A stretch of 60,677 bases of DNA from an uncultured virus (IMG/VR IMGVR_UViG_3300027754_000050) (IMGVR_UViG_3300027754_000050), one strand, 5' to 3'. Counted from the stretch's first letter, positions 39,094 to 48,383 are shown. The notes: a model not told the origin generated them from the letters alone. Program-made: numbers and translations.

Positions 39094-39817
39094 TTTTAGT
39101 GTCCTTACGCTTTAAGGTACAATACTTTTTAGATCCTAAATAACGCTTCACATATTTGTCCGAACTATCCATTATACCAAAGGCTATCATTTTATTGTGC
39201 AGTACGGTTGGCAATCGACCTTTGACAACATCTTTTGCGTAAATGTATAGCCATGCTGGACACATAGCGGCGAGTTCTGGCGTCCAGTCTCGGATCGCAC
39301 ATACTGCGTAACGAAAAGACCACAGGGCATCTTTGCTTATCGCAGCTTCGCCTAATACGAATCGTTCGTGGATTATATCCCGAGCATACCAATAAGAATA
39401 CAGAGAACTCTCGCTTATTGCAGATTCGCCAAGTTCGAATCGACCTCCTATTACATGCTCTGCATAAAGACAAGAATATTCAGAACTTTTACATATTGCA
39501 GGTTCACCAAGTATGAATCGGCTTTTCAGTACATATTTTGCATAATAATGAGAATACTCTGCATCTTTGCTGATTGCTTCTTCTCCAAGTTCCCATCGTC
39601 CTTTTATGAAATGTTTTGCATAACGTTCAGCATATTCTGCATTTTTGCTTATTGCAGCTTCACCAAGCATGAATCGACACCTGAGTCTTCCTTCTGCATA
39701 ATTATAAGAATGTTCTGCACTCTCACTGATAATCTGCTCCAGTGATTCACGCTGGCGCTTCGGCAGAAGCCACTGATTATGTCCGCATAATATTCTATAC
39801 GCTATTTCTGGAGTCAT
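39071..39817 (-). CDS. 26-aa repeat family protein (about 5 full repeats)
   Basis: Tandem paralog. Confidence 0.88.
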   Translation of the reverse strand: MTPEIAYRILCGHNQWLLPKRQRESLEQIISESAEHSYNYAEGRLRCRFMLGEAAISKNAEYAERYAKHFIKGRWELGEEAISKDAEYSHYYAKYVLKSRFILGEPAICKSSEYSCLYAEHVIGGRFELGESAISESSLYSYWYARDIIHERFVLGEAAISKDALWSFRYAVCAIRDWTPELAAMCPAWLYIYAKDVVKGRLPTVLHNKMIAFGIMDSSDKYVKRYLGSKKYCTLKRKDTKNESKSSV

Positions 39818-40295
39818 GTTTTAACTTTTTTGCTAGATACTTCTTCACATATTTGTCAGAACTATCAATCATGCCAAAAACTAGCATTTTATTGTGCATG
39901 GCTTTTGGTAGCCGTCCTTTGCTCACATCTTTTGAGTAGAAAAATAGCCAGCATGGACACATCACGGCGAGTTCTTGTGTCCAATTTCCTCGGATTACAT
40001 ATTTCGCATATAGAAAAGCGTAGCGGTCACTTTTACTTATCGCAGCTTCACCAAGTTCGAATCGTGCACCGCAGAAGCCAGAGTCTCCGATTTCTGTATA
40101 CCATACAACCTTATAGCAGCCGGGCCACTTATACCACGGTAATGATGCATTTCTTTCATACGAATATATCGTTCGTCGAAAGCGTGCATAGTTGCAAGAC
40201 CACTTTGCATCACTGCATATTGTGTGTTCTAGTGATTCACGATCCTTATGGTTAGGATCTTTTTCTAAAATAGAAAACGCTATTTCTGGAGTCAT
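39795..40295 (-). CDS. 26-aa repeat family protein with an insertion
   Basis: Tandem paralog. Confidence 0.8.
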   Translation of the reverse strand: MTPEIAFSILEKDPNHKDRESLEHTICSDAKWSCNYARFRRTIYSYERNASLPWYKWPGCYKVVWYTEIGDSGFCGARFELGEAAISKSDRYAFLYAKYVIRGNWTQELAVMCPCWLFFYSKDVSKGRLPKAMHNKMLVFGMIDSSDKYVKKYLAKKLKHDSRNSV

Positions 40296-40313
40296 GTTTA
40301 ATATCTTTACCCT

Positions 40314-40856
40314 TTAAGGTACAATACTTTTTTCTAGATACTTCTTCACATATTTGTCAGAACTATCAATCATGCCAAAAACTAGCATTTTATTGTGCAT
40401 GGCTTTTGGTAGCCGTCCTTTGCTCACATCTTTTGCGTAGAGAAATAGCCAGCATGGACACATCACGGCTAGTTCTTGTGTCCAGCTTCCTCGGATTCGG
40501 ATTACATATTTCGCATACCAAAAAGAATACTCTGCATCTTTGCTTATCGCATCTTCACCAAGTTCCCAGCGACCCTTGATTACATTTATTGCATATTCAT
40601 AAGACAACTCTGCATCCTTGCTTATCGCAGCTTCACCAAGCACGAATCTTCCTTCGATTATATATTTTGCATACCAATAAGACCGCTCTGCACTCTCACT
40701 TATTGCAGCTTCGCCAAGTTTCCAGCGACCCTTGATTACATTTATTGCATATTTGTAAGACCAAAACGCATCACTGCATATTGTGTGTTCTAGTGACTCA
40801 CGATCCTTATGGTTATGATCGTTTTCTAAAATATCATACGCTTGTTCTGGAGTCAT
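40314..40856 (-). CDS. 26-aa repeat family protein
   Basis: Tandem paralog. Confidence 0.85.
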   Translation of the reverse strand: MTPEQAYDILENDHNHKDRESLEHTICSDAFWSYKYAINVIKGRWKLGEAAISESAERSYWYAKYIIEGRFVLGEAAISKDAELSYEYAINVIKGRWELGEDAISKDAEYSFWYAKYVIRIRGSWTQELAVMCPCWLFLYAKDVSKGRLPKAMHNKMLVFGMIDSSDKYVKKYLEKSIVP

Positions 40857-41469
40857 GTTTAGTGTCCTTACGCTTTAAGGTACAATACTTTTTTGCACCT
40901 AAATACTTCTTCACATATTTGTCAGAACTACCAATTATACCAAAAGAGATCATTTTATTGTGCATTACGGCTGGCAATCGACCTTTGACAACATCTTTGG
41001 CGTAAGTGTACAGCCAACATGGGCACATCACGGCTAGTTCTGGTGTCCAGTTTCCTCGGATTACATCTTTTGCATAGTCATAAGACAACTCTGCCTCTTT
41101 GCTTATTGCAGCTTCTCCAAGTTTGAATCGCTCCCAGATTATCTCTTTTGCATACCAATAAGAATACCATGCATTCTCGCTTATTGCAGCTTCTCCAAGT
41201 TCGAATCGACCGCCTATTACCCATTCTGCATACTGGTAAGAATATTCATCACTCGTACTTATCGCAGCTTCACCAAGTACGAATCGCCTCTTTATTACAT
41301 TTCTTGCAAGATCCCAGGAATTTTCTGCATTCATAACATATCGTGCATATTTATAAGAACATTCTGCATCGCTGCACAGTGTTTGTTCTAGTGCTTCACG
41401 ATCCTTATGCAGTGGCTCGTTGCGTAATATTCCATACGCTGCTATTTCTGGAGTCATTTTGCCATACAT
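40834..41469 (-). CDS. 26-aa repeat family protein
   Basis: Tandem paralog. Confidence 0.85.
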   Translation of the reverse strand: MYGKMTPEIAAYGILRNEPLHKDREALEQTLCSDAECSYKYARYVMNAENSWDLARNVIKRRFVLGEAAISTSDEYSYQYAEWVIGGRFELGEAAISENAWYSYWYAKEIIWERFKLGEAAISKEAELSYDYAKDVIRGNWTPELAVMCPCWLYTYAKDVVKGRLPAVMHNKMISFGIIGSSDKYVKKYLGAKKYCTLKRKDTKHDSRTSV

Positions 41470-41518
41470 GTGGTAATATCCTTACCCTTTAAGGTACAAT
41501 ATTATCGTTCCCGAATTA

Positions 41519-42202
41519 TCACTCGTCAAAATCTGGCGGCTCAAAGTCAATTAAAGGGTATTCTTTAGGATTGAATGTAATATAACAATGCTTTAGATCA
41601 GGAGCTTTGTTTATGATATACATTGCATCATGTAGTTTTGTTTCATTGCTGAAACATACACTTCCAATGTTTGCTTTGTTGCTTTTATAAAATTTTGCAC
41701 CACTTTTAAAACAATAACTCTGTAGCAATTTTGTATTACAGTTATTAAAACTTACATTAATCTTATAGCTACCATGGGAAACCACTGAAAGATTATTAGG
41801 AAGTGAGGAACCCGATGTGAAACAACCATAGTCAGGCTCAAAAACAAGACAACATCCTATAATTTCATTCAGGAACTTTAACTCCATATTTTCTTTATCT
41901 TCATTTTTTTCATTTTTAGATGAAACACCAAAGAAATGCGGATACGTGCCATCACAAGAAAATTCTTGTTCTATTAATTTTACCTTCAGTATGTCTCCAA
42001 AACTTACAGATGGCGTAAAAATTGGTGATTCACATAATTTTACGTATGACTTTCCTACAATTTCTGCCTTTACAATCTCAAGAACATCATTCTGATCAGT
42101 AAAACCTAAAACAGAAATATTTTCATCCTCTAAAGGTTCACTCCAAGGCCAAACATCCTTAAAACTTCGAAATACCACATAAATATCACCAGAATTTTCC
42201 AT
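41519..42202 (-). CDS. hypothetical protein
   Basis: 227 aa, RBS. Confidence 0.75.
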   Translation of the reverse strand: MENSGDIYVVFRSFKDVWPWSEPLEDENISVLGFTDQNDVLEIVKAEIVGKSYVKLCESPIFTPSVSFGDILKVKLIEQEFSCDGTYPHFFGVSSKNEKNEDKENMELKFLNEIIGCCLVFEPDYGCFTSGSSLPNNLSVVSHGSYKINVSFNNCNTKLLQSYCFKSGAKFYKSNKANIGSVCFSNETKLHDAMYIINKAPDLKHCYITFNPKEYPLIDFEPPDFDE

Positions 42203-42935
42203 ATTGCCGTTCCTTTTTTAGGTTTTGAATAGTCTACAGTCATCCAGACATCCTTGTCTAGCGAATAAGGTACAATTATTTCCTAATTCTCGATCTTTTT
42301 CAGGATAAAAACTCATTTTTTTTGCTTGTAAACAGTGTTTTTCTGGTTTCAGGTCCTCGATGGATCCCAAAAAAACATTGTTTTTCAACACGCGCGTTCA
42401 GGTCAACACCTTGGAAACGTTGTTTTCCAAACTCCCGAGCTGACGTGCACCCATAAAAACGTTGTTTTTCATGCTAGGGCCCGCCTGCAGGCATGAAAAT
42501 ATTATGTTTTTCAAAAAATGGGTCCTTGGCTGCTCAAAAAAAACGTTGTTTTTCGGGTTAATAGCTAGCTATCGGACACATTCCCTATGAAAACGTTGTT
42601 TTTCATGCTCAGACTCCGCCGGTTGGCATGTTTTTTGACCTACCCAAATATGGTAGGTCCCCAACAAATGCTATTGACCAACTCTGTCAAGGCATCGCTT
42701 TTATGATTCGGTTAAAGGAGACCCCCATGAAAATAAACCTAAAAGGCACGGAATCACAGCGGTATCGTGAGATTCGCAAGGTCAAGCAGTTTGTTCTGAT
42801 GCCCGACAAGCGTGCGATGACGCACCGACCGAAGATTGTTTCCTGCTGCTTGACCCCCAGACAGCAGCACAAAAAAATGGAAATGTACTCCGAAGGCGAC
42901 CAATGAAATGTCGTCTCACACCTCGTAAGCTGGGG

Positions 42936-43124
42936 TCAGAGATACGTCGTTCCGATCTGAAGATGAACCTGCAATACACCATGTTCCTCATACGAGATTA
43001 CACGTTTCAGTGCATCGCATGATTCGCACAGATAAAATCCATAAACTTGAATGCTTGGCTTACTAACTACACAGCAGCAACAATGCAGTGCGTCTCCATG
43101 TCCTGCTGCGTATTCGTTAATCAT
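42936..43124 (-). CDS. small Cys-rich hypothetical protein
   Basis: 62 aa, ATGA-coupled. Confidence 0.5.
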   Translation of the reverse strand: MINEYAAGHGDALHCCCCVVSKPSIQVYGFYLCESCDALKRVISYEEHGVLQVHLQIGTTYL

Positions 43125-43360
43125 TTCGCAGTCTCACTCAGAAAGTTCTGTGCCGCACGCTCGTCAGAAAACTGAAGCTCTAGCGAGTAGGTTTCTGGAA
43201 GAGGGCTGTAGAGGAAGTGGGCCAGAATGCGGGTTGAGTGCCGGTCGATGAGATTCTGGAGGTTCTGTATCTGTCCAGCATTACCGGTGAGGTGAACTTG
43301 TGGGTCCCATTCATGATCCCGTTCCCACTGCGGCGCAGTCGGTGCATTTATGTTTAGCAT
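43121..43360 (-). CDS. hypothetical protein
   Basis: 79 aa, AGGAGA RBS. Confidence 0.65.
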   Translation of the reverse strand: MLNINAPTAPQWERDHEWDPQVHLTGNAGQIQNLQNLIDRHSTRILAHFLYSPLPETYSLELQFSDERAAQNFLSETAK

Positions 43361-43686
43361 GGTTTCTCCTTTGTGGTTTCTTATCTGGCGTATTCATTGT
43401 ATCCGGAAGCCTGGACAGATTTGGTACAGGTCACCAACGTCCGAAAAACGTGTTTTTACGCTCGAGCCCACGTCCATGACACAAAAAATGTCGTTTTTGT
43501 CCCTACCAGAATACGGTAGGTCACCAACAAATGAACTTTTTGCCTGTCAGGACCTCAAAAGTTATGTTTTTCAACATGCTATCCTGGGTACCAATAGGAA
43601 AAACCATGCCGTTACGACGTCCGGAATCCCGAAAACGTGTTTTTCATGAGCCCGCAGGACGACATGCCACAAAAATGTCGTTTTTT

Positions 43687-44091
43687 TCATGCTCGCAAAA
43701 AAGAATAGTTTTTATTTTCGTAGTCCGAAAGAATCTCGACAGCAGCAAGGATCTTAGACCGGAACACATCAGTTTCAAATTGGAATTCAAGTATTTTCTT
43801 GTTTTTACTGCCTTCTAAATAGGTCTGGATATTATTTGTCAGTTCATGTGCCACTTTATTTATTTGTTCGAGCACAGTTCTCTCTTTAAAATAAATTCGC
43901 ACATCTCTTTTTTTATTGAAGATATGATAATGACCCTGTTCTACACCAAAAAAGTCGAATTTTAGATACTCAATATCATATAGATAAAGACCAAGTGCAG
44001 GTCCAAATCCAATATCTAAATTCTTATGATACACAAGCATATACGCATTTTCTTGTATCTCTATTTTTAAAACGTCTTTACGAACAGTCAT
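43687..44091 (-). CDS. hypothetical protein
   Basis: 134 aa. Confidence 0.7.
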   Translation of the reverse strand: MTVRKDVLKIEIQENAYMLVYHKNLDIGFGPALGLYLYDIEYLKFDFFGVEQGHYHIFNKKRDVRIYFKERTVLEQINKVAHELTNNIQTYLEGSKNKKILEFQFETDVFRSKILAAVEILSDYENKNYSFLRA

Positions 44092-44240
44092 GAATGTATG
44101 TAGAAGCTAAAGCATTGATCTATACTTTGCACAATCCGCACCATTCTGGGTAAAGTATCAATCATCTGGAACCGTTGTTTTTCACTCTCGGGCAGCATGC
44201 TGCGAGTCCCGAAAACGTGTTTTTACGCTCGAGCCCGCGT

Positions 44241-44546
44241 TCATGACACAAAAAATGTCGTTTTAACTTTGCTTTTCCGTGCAGACCACCGTGCAGAACA
44301 GTCAGGACACATCCAATAAGAAACTCCGTCGTAGTATTCCTGAATTTCCACTCCAATTAAACGAGACCAACGATACGGAGGACGTCCATAATTTTGGAAA
44401 ATATGATCTCGAAGATCATCATCGCTGGTGTCCGCACACCACGCTTGACCACGCAAAGTCTCAAAAATATCGCCGCCGTCCCAAGAAGAGTTACAGTTTG
44501 GGCAGCGACCATGCCGGTCCAAGCCAGGCTCACAAGAAACATGCAT
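44241..44546 (-). CDS. zinc-ribbon phage protein (CPNC...YDGVSYW.CPDC)
   Basis: 101 aa. Confidence 0.75.
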   Translation of the reverse strand: MHVSCEPGLDRHGRCPNCNSSWDGGDIFETLRGQAWCADTSDDDLRDHIFQNYGRPPYRWSRLIGVEIQEYYDGVSYWMCPDCSARWSARKSKVKTTFFVS

Positions 44547-44634
44547 ACTTCACCTTGAAAGGGGGAAAAATAGGAAGATCAGAATTTGAAATAACGACCA
44601 AAAAAATAATTATTGGTCGTTACTACATTAAGAT

Positions 44635-45132
44635 ATGAAATGCTCAAATTGCGGTTCTTCAGTGAAAAGACTTCCATCTGAAATAAGAAAGAGCAAGTCT
44701 GGAAATTCGTTTTGCTCAAAGTCTTGTGCGGCTGTTTTTAACAACAAGAAATATCCAAAAAGACATAGAACTAGAAGATGCGACATCTGCAATGAACTTG
44801 TTCGGTCGGATAGCAAGTATTGCAGTGGTTGCTATAGAAGAAAACACTACCTAGAAGACAAAACTTTGGCCGAGGCAACAGCAGATCGCAAAGACAATAA
44901 CAGGTACACATCTATAAGACAAGTGTCTAGGAAAACATATTTGAGATCAAATAAACCAAAGTGCTGTGCCGAATGCGGGTATAGCAATCACATAGAAGTA
45001 TGCCACATTAGAGATATACCTGACTTTCCTCCCTCTGCTTTGGTGCGGGAAATAAACGACTTGAGCAATTTGATAGCCCTTTGTCCCAATCACCATTGGG
45101 AATTTGACAATGGCTTGATTGAAAATAAATAG
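44635..45132 (+). CDS. HNH endonuclease with N-terminal zinc fingers
   Basis: FCS.SC, C..CGY..HIEVCHI...N...NL..LCPNHH.EFD. Confidence 0.88.
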   Translation: MKCSNCGSSVKRLPSEIRKSKSGNSFCSKSCAAVFNNKKYPKRHRTRRCDICNELVRSDSKYCSGCYRRKHYLEDKTLAEATADRKDNNRYTSIRQVSRKTYLRSNKPKCCAECGYSNHIEVCHIRDIPDFPPSALVREINDLSNLIALCPNHHWEFDNGLIENK

Positions 45133-45203
45133 GCTCGGAGGGAATCGAACCCCCAATTTCATCGATTATGAGTCGAGTCCTTTAACCGTTAAGGTACGAG
45201 CCC
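45130..45203 (-). tRNA. tRNA with CAT anticodon (probably Ile2, possibly Met)
   Basis: GGGCTCG..TCGA-CTCATAA-TCGA..GGTTCGATT..CGAGCCT-A; adjacent to tilS. Confidence 0.88.
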
Positions 45204-45247
45204 AATTTGTTCTAGCGATTGAGACGAATCCCAAGTAGGAGCAGATT

Positions 45248-45276
45248 ATTTTATCATATCATGTCATCCTTGTCAA
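45248..45276 (-). promoter_or_regulatory. sigma70-type promoter for the CAT tRNA
   Basis: TTGACA-17-TAAAAT with TGn extension. Confidence 0.7.
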
Positions 45277-45907
45277 CGGTTTCAACCTGCTTCATGATAC
45301 GTCTTACAGCATATTTATTCAAACATACCTTTTGTCCCGCCATACTAGGGATAATCGAATTCCGTAGCCAGTTTCTCCGTGATCCCTTTATCAAAAAATT
45401 CGAATCATCCTCCACAACGTAACTGCTCCATCCATTTCTTTCTACAAATACTCTAAAATCACTTTTTTTACAAAGCAAAAAAGGATGAGATATTGTGAAA
45501 TCCGGAAATTTACTCTCCAATTCAAACGGAACCTTGTCGCAGTGACCACGGAAACAGTTCATAATGTATGACTCAACCCAGTCGTTCACATGGTGTGCCG
45601 TGATGATTGTACCACCCGGTGCCACTCTCGAATAAAAATCTAACCTCGCACCACGACACTCATTCTCGGTACTAAGACCACCCCCAGTTTCAGCGATTCC
45701 AAGGGTGCACAGAGTATCACATAATTCATAGAATTTCTTCATCATAATACCATTCTGAGGTCTTATGTTGTGATTGAAATGTATTGGGGTGACGGAGTAT
45801 CCCTTTCGGTACAGCCACAATAAAGCAGCTACACTGTCTACACCCATCGATACCGCCATGTGGTAGTGACGGTCCTTACGAAGTATTGACTTTATAAGAT
45901 TTATCAT
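45254..45907 (-). CDS. tilS: tRNA(Ile)-lysidine synthetase, catalytic domain only
   Basis: AVS.GVDS PP-loop, HFNH..R, E...R.AR, TAHH.ND..E, P.L, ED.SN, RN.LR..IIP. Confidence 0.88.
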   Translation of the reverse strand: MINLIKSILRKDRHYHMAVSMGVDSVAALLWLYRKGYSVTPIHFNHNIRPQNGIMMKKFYELCDTLCTLGIAETGGGLSTENECRGARLDFYSRVAPGGTIITAHHVNDWVESYIMNCFRGHCDKVPFELESKFPDFTISHPFLLCKKSDFRVFVERNGWSSYVVEDDSNFLIKGSRRNWLRNSIIPSMAGQKVCLNKYAVRRIMKQVETVDKDDMI

Positions 45908-45916
45908 TTTATAAAA

Positions 45917-45956
45917 ACTGCACGGCTAAAAGAAAATCCTCTTTTAGCCGTGCAGT
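45917..45956 (-). terminator. intrinsic terminator
   Basis: Perfect 17-bp stem ACTGCACGGCTAAAAGA followed by a T-tract on the minus strand. Confidence 0.8.
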
Positions 45957-45973
45957 GCAGCAAGGTATACGAT

Positions 45974-46324
45974 TTAGCGGTAGCGTACACATGCGTACCA
46001 ACCCTTTAAACCACGGGCGACTCCAATATCAATTGGTGTCTTTTTACCCCAATAACAACAGTTCTTAATAGCATCATCTGAACTATAAGAACTGTAGCCA
46101 ACTCCTTCAGATCCACGATTGCCACCACAATGACCAAGGTAGCCACGGGACGCTTGAATCTCTGCCACTCCTTGAGCAGTAGAATTGGATGATACAAAAC
46201 TATAACTCTTAACCGCTGGCAAACTTTTAATTACCGGCATGCTACTGCCCTTACGAACGACAACATCCTGCGCCGAACATACAGTACCAAAGAAAAACAA
46301 ACAAAAAATAGCAAACGCCTTCAT
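45974..46324 (-). CDS. secreted CAP-like protein
   Basis: Signal peptide; H.GG...EGVG, CCYWG, GVARG..GWYA. Confidence 0.7.
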   Translation of the reverse strand: MKAFAIFCLFFFGTVCSAQDVVVRKGSSMPVIKSLPAVKSYSFVSSNSTAQGVAEIQASRGYLGHCGGNRGSEGVGYSSYSSDDAIKNCCYWGKKTPIDIGVARGLKGWYACVRYR

Positions 46325-46365
46325 AGCAGCCTCCTAGTTACAAATTAAAAGACAATACAGAGGAT

Positions 46366-46394
46366 ATTATAGGATTAAAAGGGCGGCTTGTCAA
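46366..46394 (-). promoter_or_regulatory. consensus sigma70 promoter
   Basis: TTGACA-17-TATAAT. Confidence 0.85.
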
Positions 46395-46397
46395 CCT

Positions 46398-46574
46398 TTA
46401 GACAATATTAAACACTTTAAGCAAAATTATTCCAGACAAACCCAAGCCAAGTATGCTCGTAATTGTACGAACTAACTCAAATTTATGATTGTGTTTATCT
46501 ACCCACAATTCAAAGTCATCACGCAACTTACCCGAATCGCGCAGCTCCTTCATTTTACGCTTGCTAATACACAT
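46398..46574 (-). CDS. small membrane protein
   Basis: C-terminal hydrophobic helix; start adjusted. Confidence 0.6.
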   Translation of the reverse strand: MCISKRKMKELRDSGKLRDDFELWVDKHNHKFELVRTITSILGLGLSGIILLKVFNIV

Positions 46575-46593
46575 TTTATTGCCTTTCATAAAT

Positions 46594-47184
46594 TTATTTG
46601 TTTCTCCAAAAAAACTGGTACCCCATAGAACACGGAAAGTTATTCGTCTTTTGCATATAATCAAAAATAACTTTTCCTTTCCCATACACCATATTATCTA
46701 ATAACCAACAATCATCAACTCCAATTAATGCATCATGCTTTAATGAAGGCAATATTGTCGTGTATTCATAAAAATGATGCAGTGCACTCATGTAGCTAGC
46801 ATCAGGATTTTCTTTCGGTGAATCTAAACTGTCTAAATATAAAAAATCAATCTTTTTGTTAACATGTAAAAGATGAGAATTTAATTTCTTTAGGTAAGAT
46901 AGACTATCATCTAAAATAACAACCGTACTTGGAGAAACTTTACCAGCACAATATCGCACACTCTCTGCGGAGTTATCAACAGTATGAAACTCCCCACCAT
47001 ACTCATTTATGTACGAATCAAACAGCAAGCTGCTAAGACCATCACCAGAATAATTATCTTCTTTTCTTGCACATCCTGTTTCTACAATATATGGATTTTG
47101 TAAACCTCTAAGATATTCAAAAATAAAATCAAAACCAACGGCTCTATGTTCTAAACGATGCCGTATTTTTTCATAAAATAACAT
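46594..47184 (-). CDS. class I SAM-dependent methyltransferase-like protein
   Basis: IVETG, TVD, DS..YL, IDFLYLDS, I.VDD. Confidence 0.75.
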   Translation of the reverse strand: MLFYEKIRHRLEHRAVGFDFIFEYLRGLQNPYIVETGCARKEDNYSGDGLSSLLFDSYINEYGGEFHTVDNSAESVRYCAGKVSPSTVVILDDSLSYLKKLNSHLLHVNKKIDFLYLDSLDSPKENPDASYMSALHHFYEYTTILPSLKHDALIGVDDCWLLDNMVYGKGKVIFDYMQKTNNFPCSMGYQFFWRNK

Positions 47185-47188
47185 CGTA

Positions 47189-47827
47189 TCAGTGTACTAA
47201 CTCACACTTAAAATTTTTCAACTCTATTCCAGCCGAGTTCTCACTGCCCAAAACCCACCCTACTAACATTTCATTCGCCCGAGGCACTACATTATCAATA
47301 GGTTGCACAGCATTCTTGGAAATCAAAGCCCTGTTCCAAGCATCGCCATAATGAACAACAACACTACCACTACAAACTAATTTGCTAGTATTCTTGAATT
47401 TCAACAACATCTCATCGGTTAAACGTAACCTATAATAATTCATGCTATAAGAAGCGAATAAATCGTCCGGAGGACCTAAGGATAAAGTATACACTCCATT
47501 GAATGGTCCCACAATATCAGTTACAGGAAACGAAACCTTTAAAGACTTTCCATTAAATTCCTGCATCTTTTTTACGAGCGCATTCTCTAATAATACCCTC
47601 TTAGAGAAAAACTCATCGCTACCACCGCACACAATATCTCTCGCAAGACTGCTTAAAGCACGCAATGCAGCATCATTATCAGGCTCACGTGAATGCCTAT
47701 TCCAAAAGCCACCCTCCAAAGAACCAGTATGCGATGGCTCAACACCACGTGAATGGCACGTTAAAATGCAAAAAACAAAAAGTAAAAAAAATATTCTCAT
47801 AATTCTATAGAATATGGATACAAACAT
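47189..47827 (-). CDS. putative exported protein
   Basis: Hydrophobic N-terminus, 212 aa. Confidence 0.65.
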   Translation of the reverse strand: MFVSIFYRIMRIFFLLFVFCILTCHSRGVEPSHTGSLEGGFWNRHSREPDNDAALRALSSLARDIVCGGSDEFFSKRVLLENALVKKMQEFNGKSLKVSFPVTDIVGPFNGVYTLSLGPPDDLFASYSMNYYRLRLTDEMLLKFKNTSKLVCSGSVVVHYGDAWNRALISKNAVQPIDNVVPRANEMLVGWVLGSENSAGIELKNFKCELVH

Positions 47828-48072
47828 CGACCGTGAGGAATAAGACCGGATATATCCGCCAATACTTCAAAATCATTGCAAGCACCAAAACTCGTAAGAA
47901 CTTCTATTAAAGGAAGCATTTCTAAATCATGCAGTTCTGCAAACCGCTCCACAAGAAAAAAAGGACGCCCTGATTCTAAACTTTCCTTATTCATAATATT
48001 CTCCTCTAAAAAAAGATATAAATAAGAATAAGTTGCCACCGGTTTCACACCTTTCATTCGCACGCCCTGCAA
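47797..48072 (-). CDS. hypothetical protein
   Basis: ORF; true start probably internal (MNKES). Confidence 0.5.
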   Translation of the reverse strand: MQGVRMKGVKPVATYSYLYLFLEENIMNKESLESGRPFFLVERFAELHDLEMLPLIEVLTSFGACNDFEVLADISGLIPHGRCLYPYSIEL

Positions 48073-48383
48073 TAATTTTCCTGATGTTCCACAAATTTAT
48101 TCTCCGTAATGGTATTGAAAATATCCTTCGCTGCAAGGGATAATTCGTCGCAGTGGTTCCAAACGATAACGACCACCGCCTCCTCAGCTTTTATAGCCGC
48201 ACGGCGAGATTTAAACGTTTTGACGACGCCCGTAAGATCCCAAAGCCTTACAGTCTTATTTTTATCGTTCATCGTACTCGGAAGTTCCTTCACACCGGTA
48301 CGCCTCCAAAGAAATTTATCGCGGTCTTTTACAATCTCCACTCCGTGATCGTTTGCCCACTTTTTAATTTCACTCCAAAGCAT
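48054..48383 (-). CDS. hypothetical protein
   Basis: 109 aa. Confidence 0.65.
   Translation of the reverse strand: MLWSEIKKWANDHGVEIVKDRDKFLWRRTGVKELPSTMNDKNKTVRLWDLTGVVKTFKSRRAAIKAEEAVVVIVWNHCDELSLAAKDIFNTITENKFVEHQENYCRACE

Larger units (their letters stand above)
42300..44270. repeat. Clusters of AAAACG(T)TGTTTTTC / AAAAATGTCGTTTTT quasi-palindromes in non-coding stretches
   Basis: About 42330,42372,42415,42456,42496,42540,42590; 43444,43484,43557,43632,43671; 44212,44250; block 43441-43498 repeated at about 44209-44264. Confidence 0.85.

Noticed and set aside
36720..41469. Diversity-generating retroelement
   Set aside because: No reverse transcriptase in the window and no template/variable pair differing only at adenines was evident
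42330..42604. Mini-CRISPR from the ~45-bp periodic repeats
   Set aside because: Units are about 15 bp and degenerate, with uneven spacing
45189..45197. TTAAGGTAC motif-like match inside the CAT tRNA
   Set aside because: Short, lacks the AATT arm, and is explained by acceptor/D-stem sequence
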